Virus record (IMG/VR): IMGVR_UViG_3300042339_000806 | Strand: one strand, 5' to 3' | Origin: a virus | Taxonomy: Duplodnaviria; Heunggongvirae; Uroviricota; Caudoviricetes | Length of the DNA: 64,000 nucleotides | Shown: piece by piece, positions 26,414 to 34,925 of the stretch | Position numbering within the stretch: position 1 is the first letter of the stretch | Layout: every line of letters starts with the position of its first letter | The notes under the pieces: model-generated | The model's database searches: none | Told to the model about the DNA's origin: nothing | What the model saw: only the letters and a program-made list of their open reading frames with translations | Position numbers and translations under genes: made by a program

Positions 26414-26875
26414 ATGAAATTTCAAGCAACAAAACTATTTGACGGCTACTCAGCATGCTTTCGACAATGGAAAGCAGAGGGTACACATTGCAGATTTCTT
26501 CACGGCTATGCCGTATCATTCCGAGTATGGTTCGAAGGAGAACTAGACGAAAGAAACTGGGTATGGGACTTCGGAGGAATGAAAAGAGCTAAAGGAAACA
26601 TCGAAGGATATTCTCCAAAAGCATTTTTCGATTACCTATTAGATCATACAACTATTGTAGCAGAGGATGATCCTTATATGGATACATTTAAACAAATGCA
26701 TAACGACGGCGTTATACAGTTAAGAATACTTCCTGCTACAGGATGTGAACGATTTGCAGAATACTTACATTTAAAAATCAATACATTTTTACTTGAAGAA
26801 ACAAACAGTAGAGTAAGAGCTACTAAGGTAGAAGTTTACGAACATGAAAGGAACTCAGCATCTTATGGTGAGTAA
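26414..26875 (+). CDS. queD: QueD-like 6-carboxy-5,6,7,8-tetrahydropterin synthase (PTPS fold), divergent metal ligands
   Basis: GTHCRFLHGYAVSFRVWFEGE aligns with QueD CGRLHGHSFMVRLEITGE. The HGH is HGY here and the upstream His is Cys. Confidence 0.55.
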   Translation: MKFQATKLFDGYSACFRQWKAEGTHCRFLHGYAVSFRVWFEGELDERNWVWDFGGMKRAKGNIEGYSPKAFFDYLLDHTTIVAEDDPYMDTFKQMHNDGVIQLRILPATGCERFAEYLHLKINTFLLEETNSRVRATKVEVYEHERNSASYGE

Positions 26876-26992
26876 GCCTAACTTAACAATGGACGAGTTT
26901 CATCAGTACTTACAAAATGTAATAGACTCTAAATTAGATCTAAGACAGAAAGTAGTAGCGGTAGAAAGGTATATAAAACAAATAACAGGAAG

Positions 26993-27187
26993 ATGAAACT
27001 GAGTGAAATAATTTACCTAGCAACAAAAGCATTCGATAAAGGATGGGACTTTGAAACTCTAAAGTACGGAGATGATTTGTATGGAAAGGAAAAATATGCT
27101 TCTGAAGTATGGGAGTATGTAGAAGAGCTGCAAGAAATAGGAAGAACTGAATTTTACATAAAATATTGTCAATACAATTTATATTAA
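26993..27187 (+). CDS. hypothetical small protein
   Basis: ORF between queD and queE. Confidence 0.3.
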   Translation: MKLSEIIYLATKAFDKGWDFETLKYGDDLYGKEKYASEVWEYVEELQEIGRTEFYIKYCQYNLY

Positions 27188-27188
27188 G

Positions 27189-27962
27189 ATGAAAAGAATA
27201 GAAGATTATAACAAAACACTTCCCATTGTAGAGCTTTATACAGCAGTACAATCAGAAGGAAGTAGAGCAGGTTATCCAACCGTAGTAATCAGAACAACAG
27301 GCTGTACTCACAGATGTTGGTTTGGTGATGGTGGATGGTGCGATTCTTGGTACACAAGTATACATCCTGAAAAAGGACATATCAGTTTTCAAGATATTAT
27401 TAACATGTATGATGCCAATCCCCACATCACAGAGATGATGCTAACAGGAGGATCACCAACAATGCATCCAGCATTAGTAAACGAATTAACACATTTTGCA
27501 CATGAAAGAAATATTTTCATTACGATTGAGACCGAAGGAAGTCATTTTCTTGAGACAGATTACCCAATTAATCTATTATCAATCTCCCCTAAGTTCAGTA
27601 ATTCTGTCCCTAAGGTTGGCATTGCAACACCTCAAGGAGACATTACAGATGAGAAAATGATTAAACAGCATAACAAGCTAAGATTAAACTACGATGCAAT
27701 ATCCAAATCAATCTCTTATCATTCAGACTACCATTTAAAACCGGTATGGGATGGAGAGGATCAAGAAGCATTAAAAGAGATTATGAATTGTATTAAAATG
27801 CTAGACATACCAGAAGATAAAGTATGGTTCATGCCAGCAGGAGATTCAAGAGAAGCTTTATTCAAATCATATCCAAAAATGTTTGATTGGGTTAGAGATA
27901 ACGGTTATAGATTGACCTGGAGACCTCACATCATTGCATTTGAAGACCAAAGAGAAGTGTAA
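27189..27962 (+). CDS. queE: QueE-like radical-SAM 7-carboxy-7-deazaguanine synthase
   Basis: Cys triad in TTGCTHRCWFGDGGWCDSW (C-x3-C-x7-C variant of the radical SAM cluster). Size and context fit QueE. Confidence 0.55.
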   Translation: MKRIEDYNKTLPIVELYTAVQSEGSRAGYPTVVIRTTGCTHRCWFGDGGWCDSWYTSIHPEKGHISFQDIINMYDANPHITEMMLTGGSPTMHPALVNELTHFAHERNIFITIETEGSHFLETDYPINLLSISPKFSNSVPKVGIATPQGDITDEKMIKQHNKLRLNYDAISKSISYHSDYHLKPVWDGEDQEALKEIMNCIKMLDIPEDKVWFMPAGDSREALFKSYPKMFDWVRDNGYRLTWRPHIIAFEDQREV

Positions 27963-27963
27963 G

Positions 27964-28155
27964 ATGGCAGTAAAAAGAGCAACAGAGTTTGAAGTACTAA
28001 CAGTATTTCATACACTATGGAAAAGTAGAGGGCTTGAAGCAGCAACAGTAAAAAGACTTTTAAAGGAAGAGTTTGATTTAGAACTAACAGTTCTAGCAAA
28101 CGGAGAAATATCAGCACAATCACCAGACGGAAAAACTAAATATACAATTAAATAA
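27964..28155 (+). CDS. hypothetical protein (start trimmed)
   Basis: Met right after the queE stop. Confidence 0.3.
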   Translation: MAVKRATEFEVLTVFHTLWKSRGLEAATVKRLLKEEFDLELTVLANGEISAQSPDGKTKYTIK

Positions 28156-28167
28156 AAAAACAAAGTT

Positions 28168-28461
28168 ATGACATTAAAAGATCTAATCGATTTAGCAGGG
28201 GATAGAGAACTATCAAAATCATATCCAAAAGCAGATGGCCTTTACATCTGGGATTATAAGTTACAATTCAATCAAGACCTTAATTTAGAGCTAGTATTAA
28301 TACCAAGTGACTCAGGTAAGACAGGATTTAAAGATAAAGTATCTATCGAAGAATTAGTAAATTACGTATTGGAGTCAACAGATCCAGAAGTATCAGGAGA
28401 CGAAGTTATCTCACAACTACAAATTGTAGACGTGGAAGGAATTACAATCGCAAAGGTATAG
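28168..28461 (+). CDS. hypothetical acidic protein
   Basis: ORF only. Confidence 0.3.
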   Translation: MTLKDLIDLAGDRELSKSYPKADGLYIWDYKLQFNQDLNLELVLIPSDSGKTGFKDKVSIEELVNYVLESTDPEVSGDEVISQLQIVDVEGITIAKV

Positions 28462-28462
28462 T

Positions 28463-29047
28463 ATGAAGAAGTTTTTATTATTACTCTTACTTCCGTTATT
28501 AGGGTTTGGACAGTTAAGAGATAGCGTTTATGTAAAGACAGACATATACGAGGTAATGTATTCAGAGACATTAGAGCAACCATTGTGGGTAAAGTACCAA
28601 GTACTGTGCACTGGAGTAGGAGCATCTAGAAAAGGAATGGATTTCTATAAAGATAAAACAATTCATACCTCAGATGAAAAAGACTATGCATTCAATATCT
28701 ACGACAAAGGACATTGTGCACCAGCAGCTGACTTTAACTGTACTAGAGAAATGTTATTTAAAACATTCTCATACCTAAACTGTACTCTTCAAAATGAAAG
28801 ACTAAATAGAGTTCATTGGAGACTATTAGAAGACTATGAAAGACTTTTAGCCTTTTCAGAAGGACCAGTCAACGTTGAAATAAAAATAGTATTTGATAAA
28901 AATCCCAGACGAGTTCCGGCAGGTGCAGCTATTCCTACGGCTTTCTATAAGATTATCAAAACTAAGAGTAAGACAATTGCTTTTTACTTTCTAAATGAAG
29001 CACCAAAGAAAGCAACGTTTGTAGATTATCAAGTAAAAATTAAATAG
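28463..29047 (+). CDS. secreted DNA/RNA non-specific endonuclease (ββα-Me, Serratia-nuclease-like)
   Basis: Signal peptide MKKFLLLLLLPLLGFGQ. YDKGHCAPAADF matches the DRGH[LM]AP active-site motif. Confidence 0.55.
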   Translation: MKKFLLLLLLPLLGFGQLRDSVYVKTDIYEVMYSETLEQPLWVKYQVLCTGVGASRKGMDFYKDKTIHTSDEKDYAFNIYDKGHCAPAADFNCTREMLFKTFSYLNCTLQNERLNRVHWRLLEDYERLLAFSEGPVNVEIKIVFDKNPRRVPAGAAIPTAFYKIIKTKSKTIAFYFLNEAPKKATFVDYQVKIK

Positions 29048-29049
29048 TT

Positions 29050-29445
29050 ATGGCACTAAAAATAGGAAATAAAGTTTATTTAAGCTGGGATGATATCAAC
29101 ATCTTAGTAGAAGATTTAGCAAATACAATAGCAGCATCAGGAGCAGAGATTAAATCGATAACAGGTATTCAAAGAGGAGGATTAATACCAGCAGTAATGA
29201 TCTCCCACAAGCTCCACATACCTTACGTTAGTAGAATAAATAAAGATACTTTGGTAGTAGATGATATTTGTGATACAGGAGAGACGTTAAAAAATACTAT
29301 TGGAATGTATACTGCAACGCTTCATTACAAACCAACAGCAATCTTTACTCCAGACTTCTACTCAAAAGAAGTAGGAACAGAGTGGATTGTATACCCTTGG
29401 GAAAGAAATGACTCAGAAACTATTCAAGATTATTTGAAAAAATAG
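29050..29445 (+). CDS. Gpt-like xanthine/guanine phosphoribosyltransferase
   Basis: SWDDINILVEDLA...ITGIQRGGLIPAVMISHKL...LVVDDICDTGETL aligns along its length with E. coli Gpt, including the PRPP motif VVDDxxDTG. Confidence 0.6.
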   Translation: MALKIGNKVYLSWDDINILVEDLANTIAASGAEIKSITGIQRGGLIPAVMISHKLHIPYVSRINKDTLVVDDICDTGETLKNTIGMYTATLHYKPTAIFTPDFYSKEVGTEWIVYPWERNDSETIQDYLKK

Positions 29446-29516
29446 TTGCAGGATAAAGTAAAAAATGTTATATTAAATAAAACGGAGTCGTAGAACCTCC
29501 ATAAAAACAATCTTAT

Positions 29517-30224
29517 ATGTCAAATAAAAAATTTATCGACGGTACAGAATTAGTACAAGCCGGATTCGCTAATGGTATTTCCTCTCAATTGGCAAAAAAA
29601 CAACTAACAGAAGGTCCAGAAGCAAGATTAACTGAAGTAGAAAAGCAACACATCATTGAAGATGCAGCAGAAGCTTTCGGACAATTCCTTTCAGCTTTAG
29701 GATGTGATTGGCAGAATGATCCAAATTCATCTGATACTCCTAAAAGAGTTGCAAAAGCATACGTAAACGATTTATGGGCAGGTCGATTTGAACCACTAAC
29801 AAGAATTACAGCATTCCCTTCTGATGGTTATGATGGAATAGTACAAGAGAGTAATATACCAGTTACCTCAATGTGCTCACATCACCACCAAACAATTTCA
29901 GGAGAGGTAAGTATAGCTTATGTTCCTTCAGCAGATGGAAAGGTAGTTGGGCTTTCAAAATTAAATCGAATTGTAGAGCAGTTTGCTAGACGTGGAGCTA
30001 TTCAAGAGCAGTTAACAGTTGCAATTCATAATGCAGTAGATAAAATCTGTGAAGGTAATCTAGGAGTAGCAGTAGCAATTTCAGCAACACATAACTGTGT
30101 ATCGTGTAGAGGGATTAAACATCAGGGAGCTTCAATGCAAACAGCAAAGTTAACAGGGTGTTTCTTAGATGAAGCATCAGCAAGAGCAGAATTCTATACA
30201 AATATTAAACTTGGAAAAAAATAA
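29517..30224 (+). CDS. folE: GTP cyclohydrolase I
   Basis: CSHHHQTISGEV (CEHH-type zinc motif), QEQLTVAIHNA (QERLT), ~230 aa. Confidence 0.8.
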   Translation: MSNKKFIDGTELVQAGFANGISSQLAKKQLTEGPEARLTEVEKQHIIEDAAEAFGQFLSALGCDWQNDPNSSDTPKRVAKAYVNDLWAGRFEPLTRITAFPSDGYDGIVQESNIPVTSMCSHHHQTISGEVSIAYVPSADGKVVGLSKLNRIVEQFARRGAIQEQLTVAIHNAVDKICEGNLGVAVAISATHNCVSCRGIKHQGASMQTAKLTGCFLDEASARAEFYTNIKLGKK

Positions 30225-30239
30225 CTAAAACCAAACATT

Positions 30240-30437
30240 ATGAATTATTGGCAAGTAACTGTGCAATTGGAGCACGAAAATGACCGAGGTCGTATTCAAA
30301 GAGTAAAAGAACTTTATTTAGTAGATGCAATTTCAGCAACAGAAGCTGAAGCAAAGATCTATACAGAGTTCGAAGGAGAGTCTAACTTCGCAGTAGTAGG
30401 AGTTAATCAATCTAAAATTATTAAAGTAATTGAATAA
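30240..30437 (+). CDS. hypothetical protein
   Basis: ORF only. Confidence 0.3.
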   Translation: MNYWQVTVQLEHENDRGRIQRVKELYLVDAISATEAEAKIYTEFEGESNFAVVGVNQSKIIKVIE

Positions 30438-30441
30438 TAAG

Positions 30442-30465
30442 TTGGCTCTTCGGAGCCAATTTCTT
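30442..30465 (+). terminator. rho-independent terminator
   Basis: ttggctc-ttcg-gagccaa hairpin plus TTT. A degenerate promoter box follows. Confidence 0.5.
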
Positions 30466-30489
30466 ATATTAATAAAAAAGTAAAAAGTT

Positions 30490-31002
30490 ATGATTACAGA
30501 TCCAAAAGTACCTTTTATTGATGAGGTAGAGGAATTTAATGCCGTAATGGGTAAACCTAATAACTATGAACCAACTATCCCCGAAAGAAAAGAATGGGAA
30601 TTTGTATACAATTTCATCCTTGAGGAATTGGAAGAATATAGAGAAGCTTGCGAAGCAGGAGACATCGTTGAGGTTCTGGATGCTTTGTGCGATATTACTT
30701 ATGTTGCCACTGGGAACGGTACTATGTTACATGGCCTTAAGGATAAGATATGGCCAGCATATCAAGAAGTTCAAGCTTCAAATCTATCAAAAGCTTGCCA
30801 AACAGAAGAAGACGCTAAAGCAACTGTCATTCAGAGATCGAGTGAGCAAGGTGAGGAGTGTCATTACGAAAAAGTTGGAGAGTATTACGTTGTTTATAGA
30901 ACAAGAGATAGAAAAGTAATGAAGAATGTAAATTACTTCCGACCAGATCTTTCTCAGTTTTTTACTCAAGAGCAGTTAAGTAAATTTAATAGAATTAAAT
31001 AA
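30490..31002 (+). CDS. MazG-like nucleoside triphosphate pyrophosphohydrolase
   Basis: EFNAVMG...ILEELEEYREACEAGDIVEVLDALCDITYV carries the MazG/HisE E-x2-E-x12-E-x3-D acidic helix pattern. Confidence 0.5.
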   Translation: MITDPKVPFIDEVEEFNAVMGKPNNYEPTIPERKEWEFVYNFILEELEEYREACEAGDIVEVLDALCDITYVATGNGTMLHGLKDKIWPAYQEVQASNLSKACQTEEDAKATVIQRSSEQGEECHYEKVGEYYVVYRTRDRKVMKNVNYFRPDLSQFFTQEQLSKFNRIK

Positions 31003-31205
31003 TGCAAGCAGCACTAGACCATTTAGAAAAGCATAAAGTGTTTATTGATACTTTAGGTATAGATATGATTCCTTTATCAGAGGCATATAAAGCAGTTGAG
31101 AAGTCTATCGATAGTCAACTGGCAGAAGTTATGGAAACATTACAAGCACAGTTAGGAGGATTAGTAGAAGATTTACAAGATATAACACCAGAAGATAATG
31201 ATTAA
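31002..31205 (+). CDS. hypothetical protein
   Basis: ORF only. Confidence 0.3.
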   Translation: MQAALDHLEKHKVFIDTLGIDMIPLSEAYKAVEKSIDSQLAEVMETLQAQLGGLVEDLQDITPEDND

Positions 31206-31992
31206 GATAGCACACGAATCACCGAAGAGTATCTTTAAAGAAGTACAGAAGTATACTGACTATGATTATGCATTAGTGCATTTATTTGAAGAAGATCCAG
31301 AATACTTAAAACAGTTTCAAGATGCTAAAGAAGCAGGTAGAGAAATTATTTTAGATAATTCTATCTTTGAATTAGAAGAAGCTTTTGATGCAGAGAAGTT
31401 TGCAGGCTGGGTATTAGAATTAAAGCCAGATTGGTATATAGTTCCGGATGCTTTAGAGGATGCAAAGAAGACTGTACAGCAAATGACAGAATGGAATAAC
31501 AAGTATAAAAATCTTCCAGGAAAGAAAATAGGAGTTGTTCAAGGAAAGACTTACAGTCAAATTAAGACTTGTTATGAGTATATGGATAAGATTGCAAATG
31601 TAGATATGATTGCAATTTCATTCGACTACTCGTACTATACAAATACTATTTCACATCCTAACAAGTATGTTAGTTGGATGCTAGGAAGGGTTAAGCTACT
31701 AGGAGATCTATTGAGAGACGGTGTTATAAACGAAGAGAAGAAGCATCACCTATTGGGATGTGGATTACCTCAAGAGTTTTCTTTCTACTCAGACTATAAA
31801 TGGATCTATTCTTTAGATACTTCTAATCCAGTTGTACATGGTATAAAAGGAGTTGAGTATAGAGCAGATGGATTATGGTCAAAAGAGTCTCAAAAGTTAT
31901 TTGAATTAATCAACTACGTACCGGAAGATACGAATATGATTCTTCAGAACATTCATAAATTCAGATGGTTTGCAAATGGACGCAAAGTATAA
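31198..31992 (+). CDS. tRNA-guanine-transglycosylase-family protein, DpdA-like 7-deazaguanine DNA transglycosylase candidate
   Basis: KKIGVVQGKTYSQIK resembles the TGT LFGIVQGG motif. HHLLGCGLPQEF resembles the TGT RYLMGVG(K/T)P motif. No Cys-x-Cys-x2-Cys zinc site is seen. Confidence 0.5.
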   Translation: MIKIAHESPKSIFKEVQKYTDYDYALVHLFEEDPEYLKQFQDAKEAGREIILDNSIFELEEAFDAEKFAGWVLELKPDWYIVPDALEDAKKTVQQMTEWNNKYKNLPGKKIGVVQGKTYSQIKTCYEYMDKIANVDMIAISFDYSYYTNTISHPNKYVSWMLGRVKLLGDLLRDGVINEEKKHHLLGCGLPQEFSFYSDYKWIYSLDTSNPVVHGIKGVEYRADGLWSKESQKLFELINYVPEDTNMILQNIHKFRWFANGRKV

Positions 31993-32158
31993 GATAGGGG
32001 AAATGGTTATTATAAATCTCGATAATGAGATTATAGATGCCGAAGTATTTGGAATAGTAGACAGTAATTCAGGAGGAAAACCTTCGTACAGTTTAAGAGT
32101 GAAAGGAAATTTTATCTTTATGAATGAGGATAGAATAATAAGTATATCACATGAATAG
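31970..32158 (+). CDS. hypothetical small protein
   Basis: ORF only. Confidence 0.3.
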   Translation: MQMDAKYKIGEMVIINLDNEIIDAEVFGIVDSNSGGKPSYSLRVKGNFIFMNEDRIISISHE

Positions 32159-32678
32159 ACCTTGGATAGCATTCTTTAGTCAAACAGGATCAGAGATCGT
32201 AGAAGTATCAAAGCTACTAGGAAGATGGCCTGACCTTATTATTACAAACGAAAGACCAGAACATCTTAGAAAGATTCATCCTGCTTTAGAAAATAAGCAC
32301 TTAATCTTCGTAGACAATAAGCCTTCAGAAGAAGAACTATTTCCTCTATTGGCTCAGTATGATAATGCTTTAGTAACTCTTCATGGATGGTTAAGGATTA
32401 TGCCACCAGGTATTTGTAATCGATTTGAAATCTATAATGGACATCCAGGACTTATAACTCAGTATCCAGAACTAAAAGGAAAAGATCCTCAGCAAAAAGC
32501 TTTTGACTTAGGATTAGAACATTCTGGATGTGTTATTCATAGAGTAACAGAAGGAGTGGATGAAGGAGCTATACTTTTACAGAGACAAGTTTCTATAAAA
32601 GGGTTGGAAATAGGAGAATTATTTCATATCTTACATAGTATATCAGTAAGTCTTTGGGTAGACTTTTTAAAAAATTAG
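32151..32678 (+). CDS. formyltransferase-fold protein (PurN/Fmt N-domain-like); candidate preQ1 N-formyltransferase
   Basis: EIYNGHPGLITQYPELKG resembles the N-x-H-P-S-L-L-P-x-x-R-G formyltransferase loop. HSGCVIHRVTEGVDEGAIL resembles SG(C/A)TVH-x-V-x-x-x-D-x-G-x-I. Confidence 0.55.
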   Translation: MNRPWIAFFSQTGSEIVEVSKLLGRWPDLIITNERPEHLRKIHPALENKHLIFVDNKPSEEELFPLLAQYDNALVTLHGWLRIMPPGICNRFEIYNGHPGLITQYPELKGKDPQQKAFDLGLEHSGCVIHRVTEGVDEGAILLQRQVSIKGLEIGELFHILHSISVSLWVDFLKN

Positions 32679-32680
32679 TT

Positions 32681-33205
32681 ATGAAAAGAATAGCATTAGT
32701 AGGAGCATCATCAGTAGGGAAGACTACAGTATACGAATTACTTAAAAGTAAATTACCTGAGTATGATTTTATAAATGAATCAACAAGAACGGTTGGTAGT
32801 TATGGATTTCCTATTAATGAAGCAGGAACTTCTGAAACACAGCTTGCTATTTCTTCTTTCCATTTAGAGGCATTATTAGCTACTAAAGATGTAATACTTG
32901 ATAGATGTTATTTAGATCTATTAGTTTATTCTACTTATATGGATAATTTATCCGATAGTGCTTATACATACATCTTAGATACTTGGTTAAGAGTTAAAGA
33001 TCAATATACACATTTTATTTATTTCCCTATTGAATTTGCTTCTGTAGATGATGGAGTAAGGAGTGTAAATGAAGGATGGAGAGAAGCAATTGATAAGCAG
33101 TTTGAAATTAACTTAAAGTCAATTAAGTTTGCTGGAGGAGATTACTTAACAGTAACAGGAAGTCCTAATCAAAGAGTTGAACAAATATTAAACTATATAA
33201 AATAA
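32681..33205 (+). CDS. AAA_28/NadR-like P-loop nucleoside kinase
   Basis: IALVGASSVGKTTVYELL...INESTRTV resembles the NadR ribosylnicotinamide-kinase-type P-loop (GxxxxGKTTL...E.aR). Start trimmed to the TAGTTATG junction. Confidence 0.45.
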   Translation: MKRIALVGASSVGKTTVYELLKSKLPEYDFINESTRTVGSYGFPINEAGTSETQLAISSFHLEALLATKDVILDRCYLDLLVYSTYMDNLSDSAYTYILDTWLRVKDQYTHFIYFPIEFASVDDGVRSVNEGWREAIDKQFEINLKSIKFAGGDYLTVTGSPNQRVEQILNYIK

Positions 33206-33206
33206 A

Positions 33207-34133
33207 ATGACACAAGAATTAAATCAAGCAGAAGTTGTAAAGATTGCAGGAAAGCATCTAGGACAAGTAGGTGGAGCAGGATATAGCGATACTTACGATC
33301 CAAGTCTATTGGTAGAAATTCCACGTTACTTGAATAGAGAAGCGTATGGAATTGACGATAATAACCTTCCATTTGTTGGAGGAGATGTTTGGAATGCATA
33401 CGAAGTATCTGCAATCACTACAAAAGGATTACCAGTAGTAGGAATGTTAAAGATTTGGTATCCAGCCGATTCAAAACTTCACGTAGAGTCTAAATCAATT
33501 AAATTGTATTTGAATTCATTCAATATGACTCAATTGGGAGATACAGATCATGAATGTATTAAGTTACTAAAAGAAAGAGTAAAGAAAGACCTATCTGACT
33601 TACTACAGACAAAAGTACAGGTAGAGATGTTTACATCAGAGCATTCTCCAAGCTATGCCTTTAAAGGATATGCACCATTGGATGCTTTGGTTGACTTAAA
33701 CAAAATTGAATTTACTTCTTACCATTCAGACGCTACACAGTTACAGTCAGAAGAAGTATCTGAAGACTTTGAAATTGGAGAAATAAAAATACAGTCTAAT
33801 CTTTTAAGATCAAATTGTAGAGTAACAAACCAACCAGACTGGGGTGATGTATTTATTCATATTAAACCAACAGCAGGAGTTGTTCCTGATTTAGAATCAT
33901 TAGCAAAATATATTGTAAGTCACAGACAAGTAAGTCACTTCCACGAAGAGATTTGTGAAATGATCTACATGCACTTAAAAGAAGCTTACAATCCAGAAGA
34001 ATTAATGGTAGCTTGTCTTTATACTCGTAGAGGAGGATTGGATATTAATCCAATTAGAGCTTCCCATAAGAAATTAATCCCAGGATTCTTTACAGATATT
34101 ACTTGTAGAATGGCTAAAACATTACGTCAGTAA
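33207..34133 (+). CDS. queF: NADPH-dependent 7-cyano-7-deazaguanine reductase QueF (two-domain/type II)
   Basis: QueF motif ESKSIKLYLNSF (E(S/L)K(S/A)hK(L/Y)(Y/F/W)) and catalytic Cys in NCRVTNQPDWGDV (cf. CPVTGQPDW). Confidence 0.8.
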   Translation: MTQELNQAEVVKIAGKHLGQVGGAGYSDTYDPSLLVEIPRYLNREAYGIDDNNLPFVGGDVWNAYEVSAITTKGLPVVGMLKIWYPADSKLHVESKSIKLYLNSFNMTQLGDTDHECIKLLKERVKKDLSDLLQTKVQVEMFTSEHSPSYAFKGYAPLDALVDLNKIEFTSYHSDATQLQSEEVSEDFEIGEIKIQSNLLRSNCRVTNQPDWGDVFIHIKPTAGVVPDLESLAKYIVSHRQVSHFHEEICEMIYMHLKEAYNPEELMVACLYTRRGGLDINPIRASHKKLIPGFFTDITCRMAKTLRQ

Positions 34134-34402
34134 TGGAAGCTAACTCAAGACAAGAAGAAGTATTAGAGCTTATTGCCTTAAGAACACCACCAGGAGATAA
34201 CTGGAAAGGACAATGGCCATCAGCACCCTTACATACAATTGAAGGACTGGTACCAACTCTATCAGCTTATATGAGAGCGACAGAGTTTAAAGGAGCTTAC
34301 AGGTTAGAACCTCTAAAAGGAGAACTATACGCCATAAGAACTCAGACAGTTACCTGGACACCTCCAGAGCCAGAAAAATTTGACCTTTACGGGGAATTTT
34401 AG
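34133..34402 (+). CDS. hypothetical protein
   Basis: ATGA overlap with queF. Confidence 0.3.
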   Translation: MEANSRQEEVLELIALRTPPGDNWKGQWPSAPLHTIEGLVPTLSAYMRATEFKGAYRLEPLKGELYAIRTQTVTWTPPEPEKFDLYGEF

Positions 34403-34408
34403 TATAAA

Positions 34409-34434
34409 AGAGTTGCTTAACCGCAGCTCTTTTC
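34409..34434 (+). terminator. rho-independent terminator
   Basis: agagttgc-ttaacc-gcagctct hairpin plus TTTT. A promoter box TATCTTTA follows at 34436. Confidence 0.5.
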
Positions 34435-34466
34435 TTATCTTTACATAATATAAAAACAAAAAGGTT

Positions 34467-34922
34467 ATGACAGATTTCGAATTACTACTTAAGAAAGGGC
34501 AAGTTGGAGAACAGGTCGCATTAAAATACTTCAGTAAGATAACTGAAGTAAAAGATCGCACAGATTATACTGAGCATAAATTCTACCAGAAGAAAGGATT
34601 TGATTTCGAATTTCTAAATAGAAAAACACAGACTTGGGATAGAGCAGAAGTAAAAACTAATATAAGAGAGAATAATTTAACGTTTTTTGAACTGTATAAT
34701 AAGAAGCAGGAACTAGGATGGTTTAATACCTCTACTGCAGATATATTAGTTCTATTCAGCGTATATAGTAAGAAGCTGTACTACTGCAACTTAAAAGAGA
34801 TGAGAAATTATATCAATAGTAGAATTGAGAGTAAGTCTATAAACTTTAGTACAGTTAAGGACGGAAGTGTTGGAGTATGGATTCCTGTAAATAAGAATAA
34901 TTTAATTATAGAACTTGACTAA
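34467..34922 (+). CDS. hypothetical protein
   Basis: ORF only. Confidence 0.35.
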   Translation: MTDFELLLKKGQVGEQVALKYFSKITEVKDRTDYTEHKFYQKKGFDFEFLNRKTQTWDRAEVKTNIRENNLTFFELYNKKQELGWFNTSTADILVLFSVYSKKLYYCNLKEMRNYINSRIESKSINFSTVKDGSVGVWIPVNKNNLIIELD

Positions 34923-34925
34923 GTT

